From Babesia bigemina (lineage: Eukaryota): a stretch of DNA of 64,000 nucleotides. Below the pieces are notes generated by a model, which worked only from the letters and a program-made list of their open reading frames with translations, was not told the origin of the DNA and did no database searches. The stretch spans positions 868,001 to 932,000 of the forward strand of contig NC_027216.1 of assembly GCF_000981445.1 (NCBI RefSeq), given 5' to 3'. Shown in pieces: positions 1 to 11,452 of the stretch; the stretch's first letter is position 1; every line of letters starts with the position of its first letter. A program made the position numbers and the translations under genes.

Positions 1-766
1 AGACGTCGTGATTGCCGGTCACACCACAGCTCATGCGCGCTGACAAGGCCAGTGACACGCATCGTCATCTGCGCCTCGGAGGCGCAACAACCCACCTCTT
101 TAAGCACGTTGCTTGACAGCACAGACCCGGACGACGTGGTGGCAGCCACGGTGACCGCCATGATCATGGTGTTCGGAAGCAGGTCCGACAGCACGACCTT
201 CGTGAAATCCTGCGCTGCGTAAAGACACGCTCACGGGTCGCCCACCATCTCGTTCTGCGCGCGCTTCACAACCGAAATGTAATCCAGAGGCGAGTATACG
301 ATCGATTCCAGCTTTGGGAAGCGCTTGGAGTAGATGTCGCGCACGTAGTTGTAAATGTTGATGATCTCGTTGTCGATTTCGAGCACCGCCTTGTTGCAGT
401 CCTCGATCAGCGAGAGCTCGCCGGGATCAACTGCGCTCTCTAGAGTGAGTGCCTTGACACGCTGGCGGGAATTGAAAGCGCGGTCCAGGGACCTACCTCG
501 ACCAAGCCGTTCATCACGGGGTCCGTCACCATCGCCGAGTACGAGCTGCCCGCTGAGCCCTCGGCGCTGAAGTACTCCGCCACCGCGTCGATGATCGGCG
601 CATCTTCGTCGGAGTCGTAGACCTTGGACTCGGCGCTGCCGCCCGAAGGGGCGACGTCGGCCGCCGCCTCCTCCTCGCGCTCGAGGTCGTCGAGGTCGTC
701 CAGAAAGGAGTCCACCAGTGAGGCCTGCACCGCTCGGTATAACTGGGCAGTATTCGAAAATACCAT
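1..766 (-). CDS. PRP31: U4/U6 snRNP protein Prp31 (5' part; runs off the window start)
   Basis: Spliced model: ATG 766-764, introns 763-725, 496-462 and 245-210. It gives MASLVDSFLDDLDDL...IDNEIINIYNYVRDIYSKRFPKLESIVYSPLDYISVVKR...DLLPNTMIMAVTVAATTSSG, the Prp31 NOSIC region. Confidence 0.93.
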
Positions 767-998
767 TGCGATGTGGAAGACTTGTTGGCACTGACCACTG
801 GGCGCTCGGCCTTCGCCGCGGCTGTGCAGTGGGCACTACTACACATCCCGAGCTCCTCCTGTGCCCTCCCGCTTCCACACAGCGGAATACAAACTCCACA
901 TATCGCAACTAAATGGCTTGTTTGGCGCTGTAACGCCGCCGCCTACGCTTCTGAGCGCCTCTTCAACCTCTCGCCGGTGACGGTCTACGACGAGGCCG

Positions 999-3900
999 AT
1001 GACGGTGAAGGCCGCGGCGGTAGCCGTAAGCGGGGCCATCCAGGCCGTGCGCGCCGTGGTGCAGCGAAGCAGGGCGGAAACAAAGGATCTGTGCGCGGTT
1101 CTCAACAGGTGCTGCGCGAACAAGGCCCACCGCTACGTGCTCAGCTCGGTGGACTCCGTCTTCCACGGCCTGACGATACCGTCAAACGCGGATGCGGAGT
1201 GGTCCGGGGACAGGAAATCCGCCGTGTTGACCCTTTGCAAGCTGCCGAGAGCTGTCTACTTGCCGCGGTCGTCCGATGTCACCCGGCCGGGCCCGGATCT
1301 CGGCGCCGTCCTGGACGGTGAACTGCAGAGCTGGGACTCTGTAGAGCGGACGCTGCAGGACTACAGCGCGTTCGCGAGCGAGCTCGCTGAGACGGCGGAG
1401 TTCGTGTCGGCGCATTCACTCGACGGCGCCTTCGGGCCCCTCCGGCCGTCCGCCGTCGAGGTGCTCAACAAGTACAAGCAGCTGCTGCTGCAGGACACCC
1501 GGCTCGGCGATCTCCGCAAGCTCACGTACGCCGCGCAGCTGCTGCACGTGCTCAAGATGCACTCGATAGACAGCGACAACCTGACGGAGCTGATCAGCGC
1601 CATCGTGGCGAAGACGCCGCAGATCCTGAGGCAGTGCAGCCTGCCCACGCTGGACTCCATCGCCAAGATCAAGCTGCCGAGCAAGGAGAAGGAGTACTTG
1701 GACTACTTCCTGCGCATGGTCACCACGAAGCCGATGAAGCTCAAGCAGTGGTCCGAGCTGTTCTGGCTGGTGGCGCGCAACAGCGACAACCGGAACACGA
1801 TCGATTCCTTCCTGCACTGCTACAAGATCGTGGCGCGGCACATGAACCGCGTGGAGTCCGCGGAAGGCGCCAAGGAGAAGGCGAAGTCGGTGCTGTGCTC
1901 GTCGCTGATGAACGTCGTCTACGGCGTGACTACGCTGCAGAAGCGGCTGCGCCCCAGCGACCCGGTCTACAAGAACGCGCTGGGCGTCCTGGAGGCGGTG
2001 TGGCCGCTCATAGAGGCCAGGCTTCAGCGCTTCGAGCACGCCGAGCTCATCGACATCGCGCACTGCTACCTCGAGCACCACAAGGCGATCAACCCGCAGA
2101 TGAGGCACGGCAGCCGGAACTGCGTGGACCTGCTGGTGCGCGAGTTCGTCAAGCGCTCGGGCGACTTCATGCTGCGTGATTGGGTGGCGCTGTTCGAGGT
2201 GCTGGACACGTCGCGGGACGCCATGGTGGTCAACGTGCTCATGCAGAAGCCGGCGAACTACTACGTCAGGGTCGCGGCGGTGCAGCAGGCGTGGGTGGAG
2301 GACCTCGCCAGGGCGCTGGAGCAGCTGCCGCTGGAGGAGCTGGCTGACAACGTCTACTCGCTGTCGCTGCCGCAGTGCTCCAACCTCTGCAAGCACCTGG
2401 TCGCTGCGGGGTGCTACAACGCCCCCGTCAGCGCCGTGCTCGAGCGCCGCTGCCTGGCGCTGATCACCGACCTCAAGTATCAGACGACCAGGCACGTCAT
2501 GGACTTCTACTTCGTGCAGCTGCAGATGGTGCTGCCGCAGCACAACGCGCTGCGGTCCGCGCTTGAGAGCAACAAGCCGCTCCGCACGTCGCTGGAGCAG
2601 ATGTCGTGCAACACCATGCTGCGGCTGCTCGGCATTGCGCGCCACTGCGGCCCCGCTGAGCGCCGCGTGCTGCTGCAGAAGCTGGCGGAGAGGATCGAGT
2701 CCAACGTGCTGAAGCTGGCGCACCACCAGTGCCTCACGGTGCTGAGGTACGCGGCGCGCTTCAAGGACGGCAACCTCACCAACGCCGTGCTCGCCGCGGC
2801 CATCCCGCCGCTGCTCGAGACGCCAGAGCGCCACAAGGGGTTCTACAAGATGCTGGAGATATCGAAATTCGCGCTCAGCCTGCCCAGGGACGAGTGCTCG
2901 GAGACCTCGCCGGCCGTGATCCTCAGCGAGCTCGTCGTTCAACATGCGCCTGCGCACGTCAGGCACCTCACGATACCGTAAGTCGCGCCACCGTCACGCA
3001 CGCGTCATTTGTCGTTCAGGCACCTGGACCTGCTGCTCCAGAACGTGAACCGGTCGGGCATGTTGCCGAAGCCGCTGTTCGAGGTCGTGCTGTCGCACGC
3101 CATGGAGGTTGAGATCATGGGTGCGCCGGCTGCGCAGCTGTCGAGCATGATGCGGACCCTCTCGGAGCTGGGCGTGAGGCACGAGAACCTGCTGGAACGC
3201 CTGGAGGAGGCGGTCATCATGTCCGTGGCGGATGACGAGCCCGCTGTCGTGTCAGAGGTGCTCGTCTCCGCCGCCACCAGCCTGGCGCACCTCGGCATGC
3301 GGACGGCGAAGCTGAACGAGCTGTTCGAGCACGTCCTCGCCAGGAAGCCCGTGACCCTGTCCAGGTGGGACTACGACGCGCTAAGCCGCCCCGCGCAGGT
3401 CAACCTGCTGCACGCCATGGCGCTTTTCGGCACGGTGAACGAGGACCTCGAGCGGGTCTTCACCCAGCTCGTGCGCGACTGCGAGCGCGAGGTTAAGGAC
3501 GGCGGCGACGCGGTGTCGTTCGCCGCGCTGGACGCCGAAGCTCATCGCAAGCTGTACGATACGTACATCTCCCTGCTGGTGGGGGGCTTCGCGACGGGCA
3601 CGGAAGAGGGCGCGCTGGCGAAGTCGGAGTTCCTGCTGGAACACCTGCCCTGCTACCACTGGTTCAGCCACCGGGAGCAGCTGTGCACGGACTTCAAGGC
3701 GTCGCCGCACTACTTGCAGTTTAAGGTAGGCTTAGGCATGAGCGCGTCATGGCTCGCAGGGCACCTTGGAGCAGCTGGGGCTGGAGGGCGCCGAGCCGCG
3801 TGTCACTGAGGCCTACTTCGCGCACGCGGTCCTCGACTCGCCCGAGTGCAAGCGGCGGCTGCCACAGGGTGGCCACATCCTCTACTGCGTCCCGCCCAGC

Positions 3901-4152
3901 CACGAGCTGCGGTGGTGGACGCCCAAGGGCGACACCGCGGCGGACGCCACGGTCAACAGGATCGAGTCCTACCAGCGCGCCATCGGGCAGTCCGCCAGGG
4001 TGATCGACCACCTGCAGCGGTCGGGCTGGAACGTGGCCACGGTGTTTCTGCGCGAGTGGGATGCGCTGGAACCGGAGCAGCGCGGGCGCCACCTGCTGAA
4101 AGCGCTCAAACTCAAAGACATCACTGAGGCGGACACGTCACACAGTTCTTAA
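999..4152 (+). CDS. RAP-domain helical-repeat protein (probable organellar RNA-binding), 3 exons
   Basis: ORFs 999-2981, 3009-3809 and 3766-4152 join in frame via GT-AG introns 2978-3019 and 3726-3759. The C-terminus ARVIDHLQRSGWNVATVFLREWDAL matches the RAP consensus. Start codon uncertain. Confidence 0.75.
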
Positions 4153-4214
4153 ACATTTAGCGATAGTTGTGTGCGGCTACCAGCCCGGCGGGCTGCCAGC
4201 GGCCACTGCTCGAC

Positions 4215-4949
4215 TCACGCCTCCAGCGGGCGCTTGACCGGCCCCGGGGGCTCCTCCTCCGGCTTCGTCTCCCAGAAGCCCAACCAATAGTCGTCGTGCC
4301 ACTGGTAGCCCCTGGGGTCCTTTATCACCTCGAACCACGAGCTCAAAGCGGCCTCCACGGGCTTCAGGGCCTCCATGTCGGCCTCTTCCGACGGTTCGCT
4401 CGTGAGGGAGAACTGGACGCCCACCTCCTTGTCGGTCAGGGGGCGCACCAGCATCACCTTGCGATACGCATGCACCAGCTTGCTGACCGTCATGTACGTT
4501 TGCCGGAGCGGGATCTCGGCCAGGCGCTGCAGGGTCATGGGCGGCTTGCGGAAGTTGAAGAGCAGCTCCAGCGCCGCGCGCCGCTCCTCGTAGTACTCTT
4601 GCTTGCTGTATATCGTGCCTGTGAACGCCTGCTCCATCTCATACAACTCGTCGAAGGCATGGCTCCAGACCACGAGCAGCAGCAGCTTCACCAGCGGCCA
4701 TGGGTACGCTGTTCGGCAGTACGTCGCGACCTCCTCCAGTAGCAGCACGCACTCCGCGTTGAGCTTCGCCGGCGCATCCGGCGACTTTATGGTCGACAGC
4801 GCGCTGATGGCGCCCTCCACGACCTTGCGGAAGGCCGGGCCGCCGTGCTCGGGGTCGGCCTCGAACTCCTGCAGCAGGCTGTACTGCAGCTGAACAAAGT
4901 TCTGGTCGCGCTCCACCGCCCTGATTAGCCTCGTAAAGCGACGCAGCAT
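4215..4949 (-). CDS. PPP4R2: Protein phosphatase 4 regulatory subunit 2-like
   Basis: Motifs YPWPLVKLLL and FNFRKPPMTLQRLAEI...YMTVSKLVHAYRKVMLV resemble the PPP4R2 core (PPFTIQRLCEL). First in-frame ATG at 4949. Confidence 0.75.
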   Translation of the reverse strand: MLRRFTRLIRAVERDQNFVQLQYSLLQEFEADPEHGGPAFRKVVEGAISALSTIKSPDAPAKLNAECVLLLEEVATYCRTAYPWPLVKLLLLVVWSHAFDELYEMEQAFTGTIYSKQEYYEERRAALELLFNFRKPPMTLQRLAEIPLRQTYMTVSKLVHAYRKVMLVRPLTDKEVGVQFSLTSEPSEEADMEALKPVEAALSSWFEVIKDPRGYQWHDDYWLGFWETKPEEEPPGPVKRPLEA

Positions 4950-5861
4950 CTTCAAGAGTAGTCCACTCTCGCGATCGGCGCGCCCATTTCGCGACGCGCG
5001 TGCCAGTGAGGGGCAGCACGCAGCCTTCCAGTCGCGTGTCTTACGATAACGCGCGTGCCCAGGGCGAAGACGCGCGGTTGCACCAGCGGAAAAAATACGC
5101 AACCGCCGTCAAGTATCTAAGACAGGTAAAGACATCCAGGGCCAGCAACTGAAAAGACCCATGGCTGCGAGTGACTATGAGTAATAGCGGACGTGGCACC
5201 CCATCGATCGGAACGAAAATTGGCCATAAATGAACCGGCACAACAGTAGATACGTAGATGGCCACGCTTATATTAGCTTCTTCCCGCTACCGCGCAGTTT
5301 ACGCTCGTAAACTCCAACGATGGAGCCCAGACTCTGGCGTCACCTTATGCGATGCGGCCGCTGGAATCCGTTTGTGTACGTCTTCCACGCAGTTGTTGTT
5401 CTACTGTGTAGCTATAGCATCGGCAATGTAGTCTCCAACGCTTGGTCACGGTCGACGGAACCGGACGGCCGTCTGACCTTTAGGCTCACCAGCATCAGCG
5501 ATTCTAAACGGCGATCATCGCTTTAGCTTTAAGTAAAATCATGTAGAAGTCGCTGTGGCGCCATTCCGCTGTTAAATGTGCCAACAAAGATAAGTGTGCA
5601 CTGACGATAAGGCTGCCCTGCAAGCAGGCAGCCTCCTGTTGTCCCCAATCGCCATCGTTTTGACGCACATTGCCATCAGGCAAAAAGGACGCTTGCAGGA
5701 GTTAATATTTGGGATAGGATACCGGCTAACGCCCGGGTTGCATAGGCGCTTCAGACTTGTCTTATTAAACCGCCGCTGGCAGGTTTGATGGTAGCAGCCC
5801 TGCCAGCGGCACGGAGGATTCAGTCGCGGTAAGCGCAGGGTGACTTAATCGCATTGGAGAC

Positions 5862-8800
5862 ATGAGGCAAACAAAGTGTGGCCTCGGCAGGCTCGCCGAG
5901 GCGTTCTTCATGGGATGCTGCCTGCTGATCGGAAGGGAGTACATCATGCTGCTGGCCGATAACAATGCCGACCAAGGCAAGACGATGTATACCGTCTTTA
6001 AGTTAATCACTTTCCTTACGATAATAGCGGCAGGAGATCCACGCTGTTACTTGCCGTCTCTGATAACTCCTTCCGTGGTGGTACAGTTCATTTGCTCGTT
6101 CCTGGTTTTCGGTTTAAGCGGCGGCGGGACGTACACCCTCATCGTGCAGTGCTTGATACTAGCGCTAGGTGCCGTAATGAACACGTTACTGCTGCTGCAG
6201 GCGGCCACGGAGTTTTCGAATAACGCAGCTACTACTCTGGCATTCCTCTGCGGATGCGTGTTTTCGTACGAATTGGCGGATATTTGCAACGCTCTGCCGT
6301 GGTTCCGTAGGAACATGTTTATGAGGTTGGTGCTGAGGGAGTTTCCCTCCCACGCACTGATTCAGACCAAGTGCGCTGCCATGGCGGCAGCAATCACGAT
6401 GCGCTACGCATTGGGAGAACAATGCAGCTTCTACAGTGTCGATCTTTGGAAGTTTTACAAAGCACACAAGAATGCGTTTGTTGAATGGAGAACGCATCCC
6501 CTATTCGGGTTGATCCTAAGAGAAAGGTCTAAGAAGATGATGCCGCTGTACACCTGTATGGCCATACTGATTGCAATAATAGGGGCCCTGCCTCCCCACG
6601 CGCAGCTGTTTAAGTTGCCGCTTGCAAATTACAGGCTAATGTATATTGCCGGGTTCGAGGAATGGGCGCTGGGCGCCGGGGTCCTCATGGGCGCGATCCT
6701 GCCGTTTCCCCGGTCGTGCAAATTCATGTTGCACGTAACTGTTCTCGTCATGTGCCTGCTAAATACGCTGCACGTGCCGATATACATGCACTTTACGTCT
6801 TTGTCGATGCTAAAACCGTATACGCTCACCTGGTTTTGCATTGTGACCTCGTTCCTTGAGGGATACACCCTGAGCTACGGGATTGGACAACTTGTATCCG
6901 TAGCCTTTTTGCGAGGGTGTAGTGGTGTGCTCGTTAGTAAGAGCTGTTGTGAAGCAATTGCGGACGCGCAATGCTTCTGTAAACAAAAGGCGGATAATTT
7001 TGAATGTAGGGGTAGGTATGACCCATCGAGGGCCGGGAGCCCAGGTGCTAAACAGAAATCCCCCAGTGTCTCAACAAATCACATTATATGGGTAAAGCAA
7101 TGTGATAATACCTATAATATGGGAAGATGTTTCCCACTGAAATGCAAATGCACTCCAGAACCTGGTGCTAGTAGCCAGGGCAAGGTTCAGAAGACGTGTA
7201 TTGAGTGCACTATGTGCAATAAAAAGGATGGTGACTGCAAGACCAAGGAACTTATACCAGTAACATGCACAAAGAAGATTGCTGCAGTAGATGAAAAGGT
7301 TACTAAGGCTGAGGAGAACCAACAAAATAAGGGTGGTAGCGGCGATTCTGCAGGAGGGGCGGGTGGTTCGTCAAGTAGCCCTACTTCACCATCTACGCCA
7401 ACGAAATCACAAGCTGCTGTTTCACTTCAGCAGTCGCAGGAATCACTACCCAAATGCACTGAGGCAGAAGGAAAAGGTGCCTCAGCATCACCCAAAGCTG
7501 GTGCTGCAAAAGCACCGGCGAAAGAAGAAAAAACTAAACCTGATTCCGAGAAAGCTACAGGCGTTGAAGCTAAGGATGCTGCGAAGAAAAAGAAAAAGAG
7601 GGAAAGTAAATGCTTTTGTAAGAATTTGCTTGAAAATGACTGTGCGACGGGTTGTTTAGGCTGCGTTTGCGTAACGGAGAAGGAATATGAATATGAAGAG
7701 GAGATTGAAGAAGCAAAACGAAAGGCCGCTTGCAAGAAACTGAAATGCGTTGAATGGATTACGACGCAGCAAGCACAGCACTATGTGTTGCGGAATGCAC
7801 AAAGCTCCACCTGCGACGATTGTGATCTGACATTACTGCTCGAAGCTGTGCCGGTGGGAAACAGGAGCGAAATGTGTTGCCTATCCACCGTAGAAGAGCC
7901 TCCGTTCACATGTTGCTGGCAAGAGTGGAACCCGGACATGGATAGACTTTACATAGGGTATTTGGATGCCGATTGCCCACTGTGCTCCATAGTGGAAGTA
8001 CGAACGATGGATTTCGCAAAAGAGTACTCTCAGAATCTAAATGAGTCATTTTGTCACCACTTCAATATTCGTAGCATGGAATTCGGATCATGCTGCCACA
8101 GTACGTTATATCTGAAAATGCTTTGTGACAAAAGAGACAAGTATCCGCATCTCCACAGACGAAGATACGAATTCAAGCATTATCCGATATCATACCTCTA
8201 CTTCACTACAGCTGCAGTGATGAATGAGGAGGTGGAAAAACTGAAAAGTAAAAGAGGGCAGTCTTCAACAGCGTCTTCTGCGCTGCTATCGAGTACTGCT
8301 GCTGCAAGTACAGGGTCATCAGGTGCACCCGGTGCTCCGTCGGGAGTCGGAGGAGCAGCAGCGGGTAGTGCTGGACAAATATCATCATCAGGTTCAACGC
8401 CATCACCAGGTCCTGCTGCAGTACCAGGTGGTGGTAATGGCGGTAGTGGTGGTGCACAAGCGTCACAAAATACCGGTCAAAACGTAACTCAACCTGCTGG
8501 TGGCGCTTCTCCAGTCGCTTCTAAGCCTACCGATAATTGTGACGAAAATGGCAATCTTGTTTTGTCACCGTCTACAGAATTCTTGGTCGACCAGAAGTAC
8601 AAGACATGCTGTTTCGGTGTTGCCACCAGGTTATTCGCGTATTACCGATACGTAACCGAAATGAACGGATGTAACTACTGTGTTACGGATAAGTGTGATG
8701 AGTCACGTCAACCAGTCCATTGTGACTGCAAGGGTGGCAAGTGTTCCATAGGTTGCTGCGTCAAGGTCCAATTTACCGATGAGATCTCTACGCAGAACAT

Positions 8801-9782
8801 TGCCAACAAATACAGGTACATCTCGATAGTTTGTTTTTTCGCCCTCTGCTTCGTTATGCAGTTGATTCTAACGTATATATACCATTCTTTCACCAGCCCA
8901 AGCAGTGCGGTATACTGCGATTTTGGCGTGCATATGCAATCCATCACCAAGGGCGGCTGGAAGGGCGCTATCAGAGCGCAGTTGGCAGACCCGCAATCTG
9001 AGGTTTTCACACTCCAACACCACGATACCGAGAAGGGCATGGCAAAACTCGTACAACCGCTCGAATTGTTCATCCCCGGGAATGTAGATAGTTTCGCGAC
9101 TTGGGTGAAGGCGCAGGTGGCGTCGGTTTTCCCGGAATTCGCGCGAGTCTACGATTTGAAAATGTATTATACTGCGTGTACGGCTCTGTGCATGTATACG
9201 ATGCGAAAGTGCTTCGAAGTTGTTGAGCCTCTGATTCGACTTCACCTGCAGAGGTGGGAACGGCGGTGGGAGAAGGAGTTCGCCTGTTACAAGGAATCGC
9301 TGGTAGGCGCGTTAGAGAAGTCCGCCCACATGTCGAGGCTGGCGCAGGTTATGCGATACGAAATGGGCTCCTTTATGTACAACGCCGTCCCCGACCTACC
9401 GGACGGCGCCTGGACCGCACTGATCGATGAAATTAAATTGTACCAATGGATAACCGAACACGAGCAGCGGATACAGAAGAAGCGTAGATCCGGCGACTAC
9501 GACAGCCAGTTAACAATTAGGCAGATTCTCAACAAGGTGTGGAGGAAGCGCCTGAGGCTCATCAGGAGGCTTGAGGAACAGCGGAGAGCCGTCTTCCACT
9601 GGCAGGGGCTTACTGATTCATACGAAATGTTAAAGAGGTTTTATGCACAACAGGATCTGGCGTTCGGCGTGACGGAAGAACCTGCTGACGACGCGGATGA
9701 CTTCCCTGTCGGCGACGACTTGTATTCCGACGCCACGCCACACACAGACACAGCGACGCAGTCGCATACGGAGACAAATTAG
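5862..9782 (+). CDS. Large polytopic membrane protein (ENT/Tpr-like TM core) with a Cys-rich insertion; extra 5' exons likely from about 5320
   Basis: 1306-aa ORF with roughly 8-9 hydrophobic segments up to about 6915, a ~630-aa Cys/Lys- and Gly/Ser-rich block, one more TM at about 8812-8885 and a helical tail. Upstream hydrophobic ORFs 5320-5526 and 5594-5788 and a GTAAGC donor near 5829 suggest more exons. The family assignment is inference. Confidence 0.7.
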   Translation: MRQTKCGLGRLAEAFFMGCCLLIGREYIMLLADNNADQGKTMYTVFKLITFLTIIAAGDPRCYLPSLITPSVVVQFICSFLVFGLSGGGTYTLIVQCLILALGAVMNTLLLLQAATEFSNNAATTLAFLCGCVFSYELADICNALPWFRRNMFMRLVLREFPSHALIQTKCAAMAAAITMRYALGEQCSFYSVDLWKFYKAHKNAFVEWRTHPLFGLILRERSKKMMPLYTCMAILIAIIGALPPHAQLFKLPLANYRLMYIAGFEEWALGAGVLMGAILPFPRSCKFMLHVTVLVMCLLNTLHVPIYMHFTSLSMLKPYTLTWFCIVTSFLEGYTLSYGIGQLVSVAFLRGCSGVLVSKSCCEAIADAQCFCKQKADNFECRGRYDPSRAGSPGAKQKSPSVSTNHIIWVKQCDNTYNMGRCFPLKCKCTPEPGASSQGKVQKTCIECTMCNKKDGDCKTKELIPVTCTKKIAAVDEKVTKAEENQQNKGGSGDSAGGAGGSSSSPTSPSTPTKSQAAVSLQQSQESLPKCTEAEGKGASASPKAGAAKAPAKEEKTKPDSEKATGVEAKDAAKKKKKRESKCFCKNLLENDCATGCLGCVCVTEKEYEYEEEIEEAKRKAACKKLKCVEWITTQQAQHYVLRNAQSSTCDDCDLTLLLEAVPVGNRSEMCCLSTVEEPPFTCCWQEWNPDMDRLYIGYLDADCPLCSIVEVRTMDFAKEYSQNLNESFCHHFNIRSMEFGSCCHSTLYLKMLCDKRDKYPHLHRRRYEFKHYPISYLYFTTAAVMNEEVEKLKSKRGQSSTASSALLSSTAAASTGSSGAPGAPSGVGGAAAGSAGQISSSGSTPSPGPAAVPGGGNGGSGGAQASQNTGQNVTQPAGGASPVASKPTDNCDENGNLVLSPSTEFLVDQKYKTCCFGVATRLFAYYRYVTEMNGCNYCVTDKCDESRQPVHCDCKGGKCSIGCCVKVQFTDEISTQNIANKYRYISIVCFFALCFVMQLILTYIYHSFTSPSSAVYCDFGVHMQSITKGGWKGAIRAQLADPQSEVFTLQHHDTEKGMAKLVQPLELFIPGNVDSFATWVKAQVASVFPEFARVYDLKMYYTACTALCMYTMRKCFEVVEPLIRLHLQRWERRWEKEFACYKESLVGALEKSAHMSRLAQVMRYEMGSFMYNAVPDLPDGAWTALIDEIKLYQWITEHEQRIQKKRRSGDYDSQLTIRQILNKVWRKRLRLIRRLEEQRRAVFHWQGLTDSYEMLKRFYAQQDLAFGVTEEPADDADDFPVGDDLYSDATPHTDTATQSHTETN

Positions 9783-9928
9783 TACACTTTAAGCTTCGTT
9801 ACTCTAACGTCGATAATAGCTAGGGCGCTTGTATACACGTGCAAGCACGCGGGTCGCGCTGATGCATAAGCCACGCGCGCCGTGATTCTCCGCCCCCAAG
9901 CGTCTTCAGCTGAAAATGTGACCCTACC

Positions 9929-11377
9929 ATGGACAAATCTGAGGATATGGCGGCGTTTATGGCGCCAGGGACCTTCCGGCAGCTCGTGGAGGTCTCCCGG
10001 AGCGCCTCGAAGCAGGTCGATGCCGCGGATGCGTCGAAGCAGCAGAAGTCGTACGCCGACTCCATCATATTCAGCGAAGTGTGCCACTACTGCATCACGG
10101 GAACTCCGATCCTGGGCACGCTGACTCTGACGACGGAGGCGATAACGTTCGAGCCGGACGCCAGGGACGCGAATGTCTACGAGCGTGGACGGGGCTACTA
10201 CCAGGTCCACGTGGACCTCGTGAGCATCGAGGAGTGCGGCTTGATAGGTGTGTCGGCCGAGGACCTCAGCTCGTACGACCGAGGCAGCATGCACTGCAAC
10301 GGCCTGCTGCAGATACTGCTTAAAAACGGCCGCCGGGACACTTCGGCCACCGCGGCGGTGGAAGACCCTTTCGACCCGTTCTTCTGCGAGCACCGCATCG
10401 TTTCCAAGCCTCATACGGTGCCGCCCAAAGAGTCGCGCTCCATCAGCCTGGTGTCGCAGGGCATTTCGAAGCTCAGCTACGTCGCCAACATGGCGGGGTT
10501 CGGCTCGACGCCCAAGCCGCCGCAGGAAAGGCCGCCTCAGAGCGCGGTGCAGGCTAAGGTGTTCGTGGTGTTCGCCTTCTTCAAGAAGGAAGTCGCACAC
10601 CGGTGCACTCTGGCGCTCATGGACGCGCTGGATGAGGCCAAGAAGCGCGCGGCCGCGATGCCGTCCCGCAGCAGGATCTCTCGCGTGCCGTTTACGTCCA
10701 ACGAGCTGCTGCACATGCTCACTGAGAGCATACGGCCCGAGGAGCAGGCGCAGCAGCGCCGCCGGCGCCCTTCCGACAGCCGCTCCAGGAAGGCCGCGGG
10801 CAAAAATACGCAGCAGCCCCCCTACGTGCACGGTATCGCCGAGAGCGAGAACGAGCTGCGCGAGAGGGTGGCGCAGAAGTCGCGCATCCTCACGGCGGAC
10901 ATGGTCAACCAGCTGGTGGATAACCTGCCGCCGGCGCTGGCCATACGGAACTGGGAGGTCACCTTCAAGACTTCGCACGACGGCGTGTCCTTCGGCACCT
11001 TCTACAAGAACCTGCAGGGGCACGAGCACTGCCTCATGGTGATAAAGGACGACCACGGCAACGTTTTCGGCACTTTCACGGGACACATAGAGCTGTCGTA
11101 CAGGTTCTATGGCACCGCCGAAACGTTCGTCTTCAAGTTCGACAACGGCAGAATCCGCGTGTACAGGGCGAAGGGCAACAACAAGTGCTACGTCTACTCC
11201 AACGAGAACACCATCGTGATCGGCGGCGGCGCCAACTCCGCGCTGTCGATCCACGACGCGTTCCAGAGCGGGACCACCGCCGCCTGCGAGACCTTCGGCA
11301 ACGACCCGCTCGCACCCACATTCGTTTTCAACATAGAAGAAATGGAAGTTTGGACTTTCGGAGGCTACCTCGTCTAA
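9929..11377 (+). CDS. TLDc-domain protein (OXR1/NCOA7-like)
   Basis: C-terminal TLDc motifs WEVTFKTSHDGVSFGTFY, DDHGNVFGTF, FYGTAETFVF, CETFGNDPL, EMEVW. The N-terminal GTLTLTTEAITFEPD segment is OXR1-like. Confidence 0.92.
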   Translation: MDKSEDMAAFMAPGTFRQLVEVSRSASKQVDAADASKQQKSYADSIIFSEVCHYCITGTPILGTLTLTTEAITFEPDARDANVYERGRGYYQVHVDLVSIEECGLIGVSAEDLSSYDRGSMHCNGLLQILLKNGRRDTSATAAVEDPFDPFFCEHRIVSKPHTVPPKESRSISLVSQGISKLSYVANMAGFGSTPKPPQERPPQSAVQAKVFVVFAFFKKEVAHRCTLALMDALDEAKKRAAAMPSRSRISRVPFTSNELLHMLTESIRPEEQAQQRRRRPSDSRSRKAAGKNTQQPPYVHGIAESENELRERVAQKSRILTADMVNQLVDNLPPALAIRNWEVTFKTSHDGVSFGTFYKNLQGHEHCLMVIKDDHGNVFGTFTGHIELSYRFYGTAETFVFKFDNGRIRVYRAKGNNKCYVYSNENTIVIGGGANSALSIHDAFQSGTTAACETFGNDPLAPTFVFNIEEMEVWTFGGYLV

Positions 11378-11452
11378 CACGCTCCCCCCGGAGGGGTGCG
11401 GGCGCCGCCCGAAGACGTGACTTACACATAATAATTTCAATGACTAATTTAA

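Noticed and set aside
1416..2966. 516-aa antisense ORF (likewise 9779-11440, 32977-33930, 45617-46522)
   Set aside because: Shadow ORFs from high-GC3 codon usage opposite well-supported genes; no motifs.
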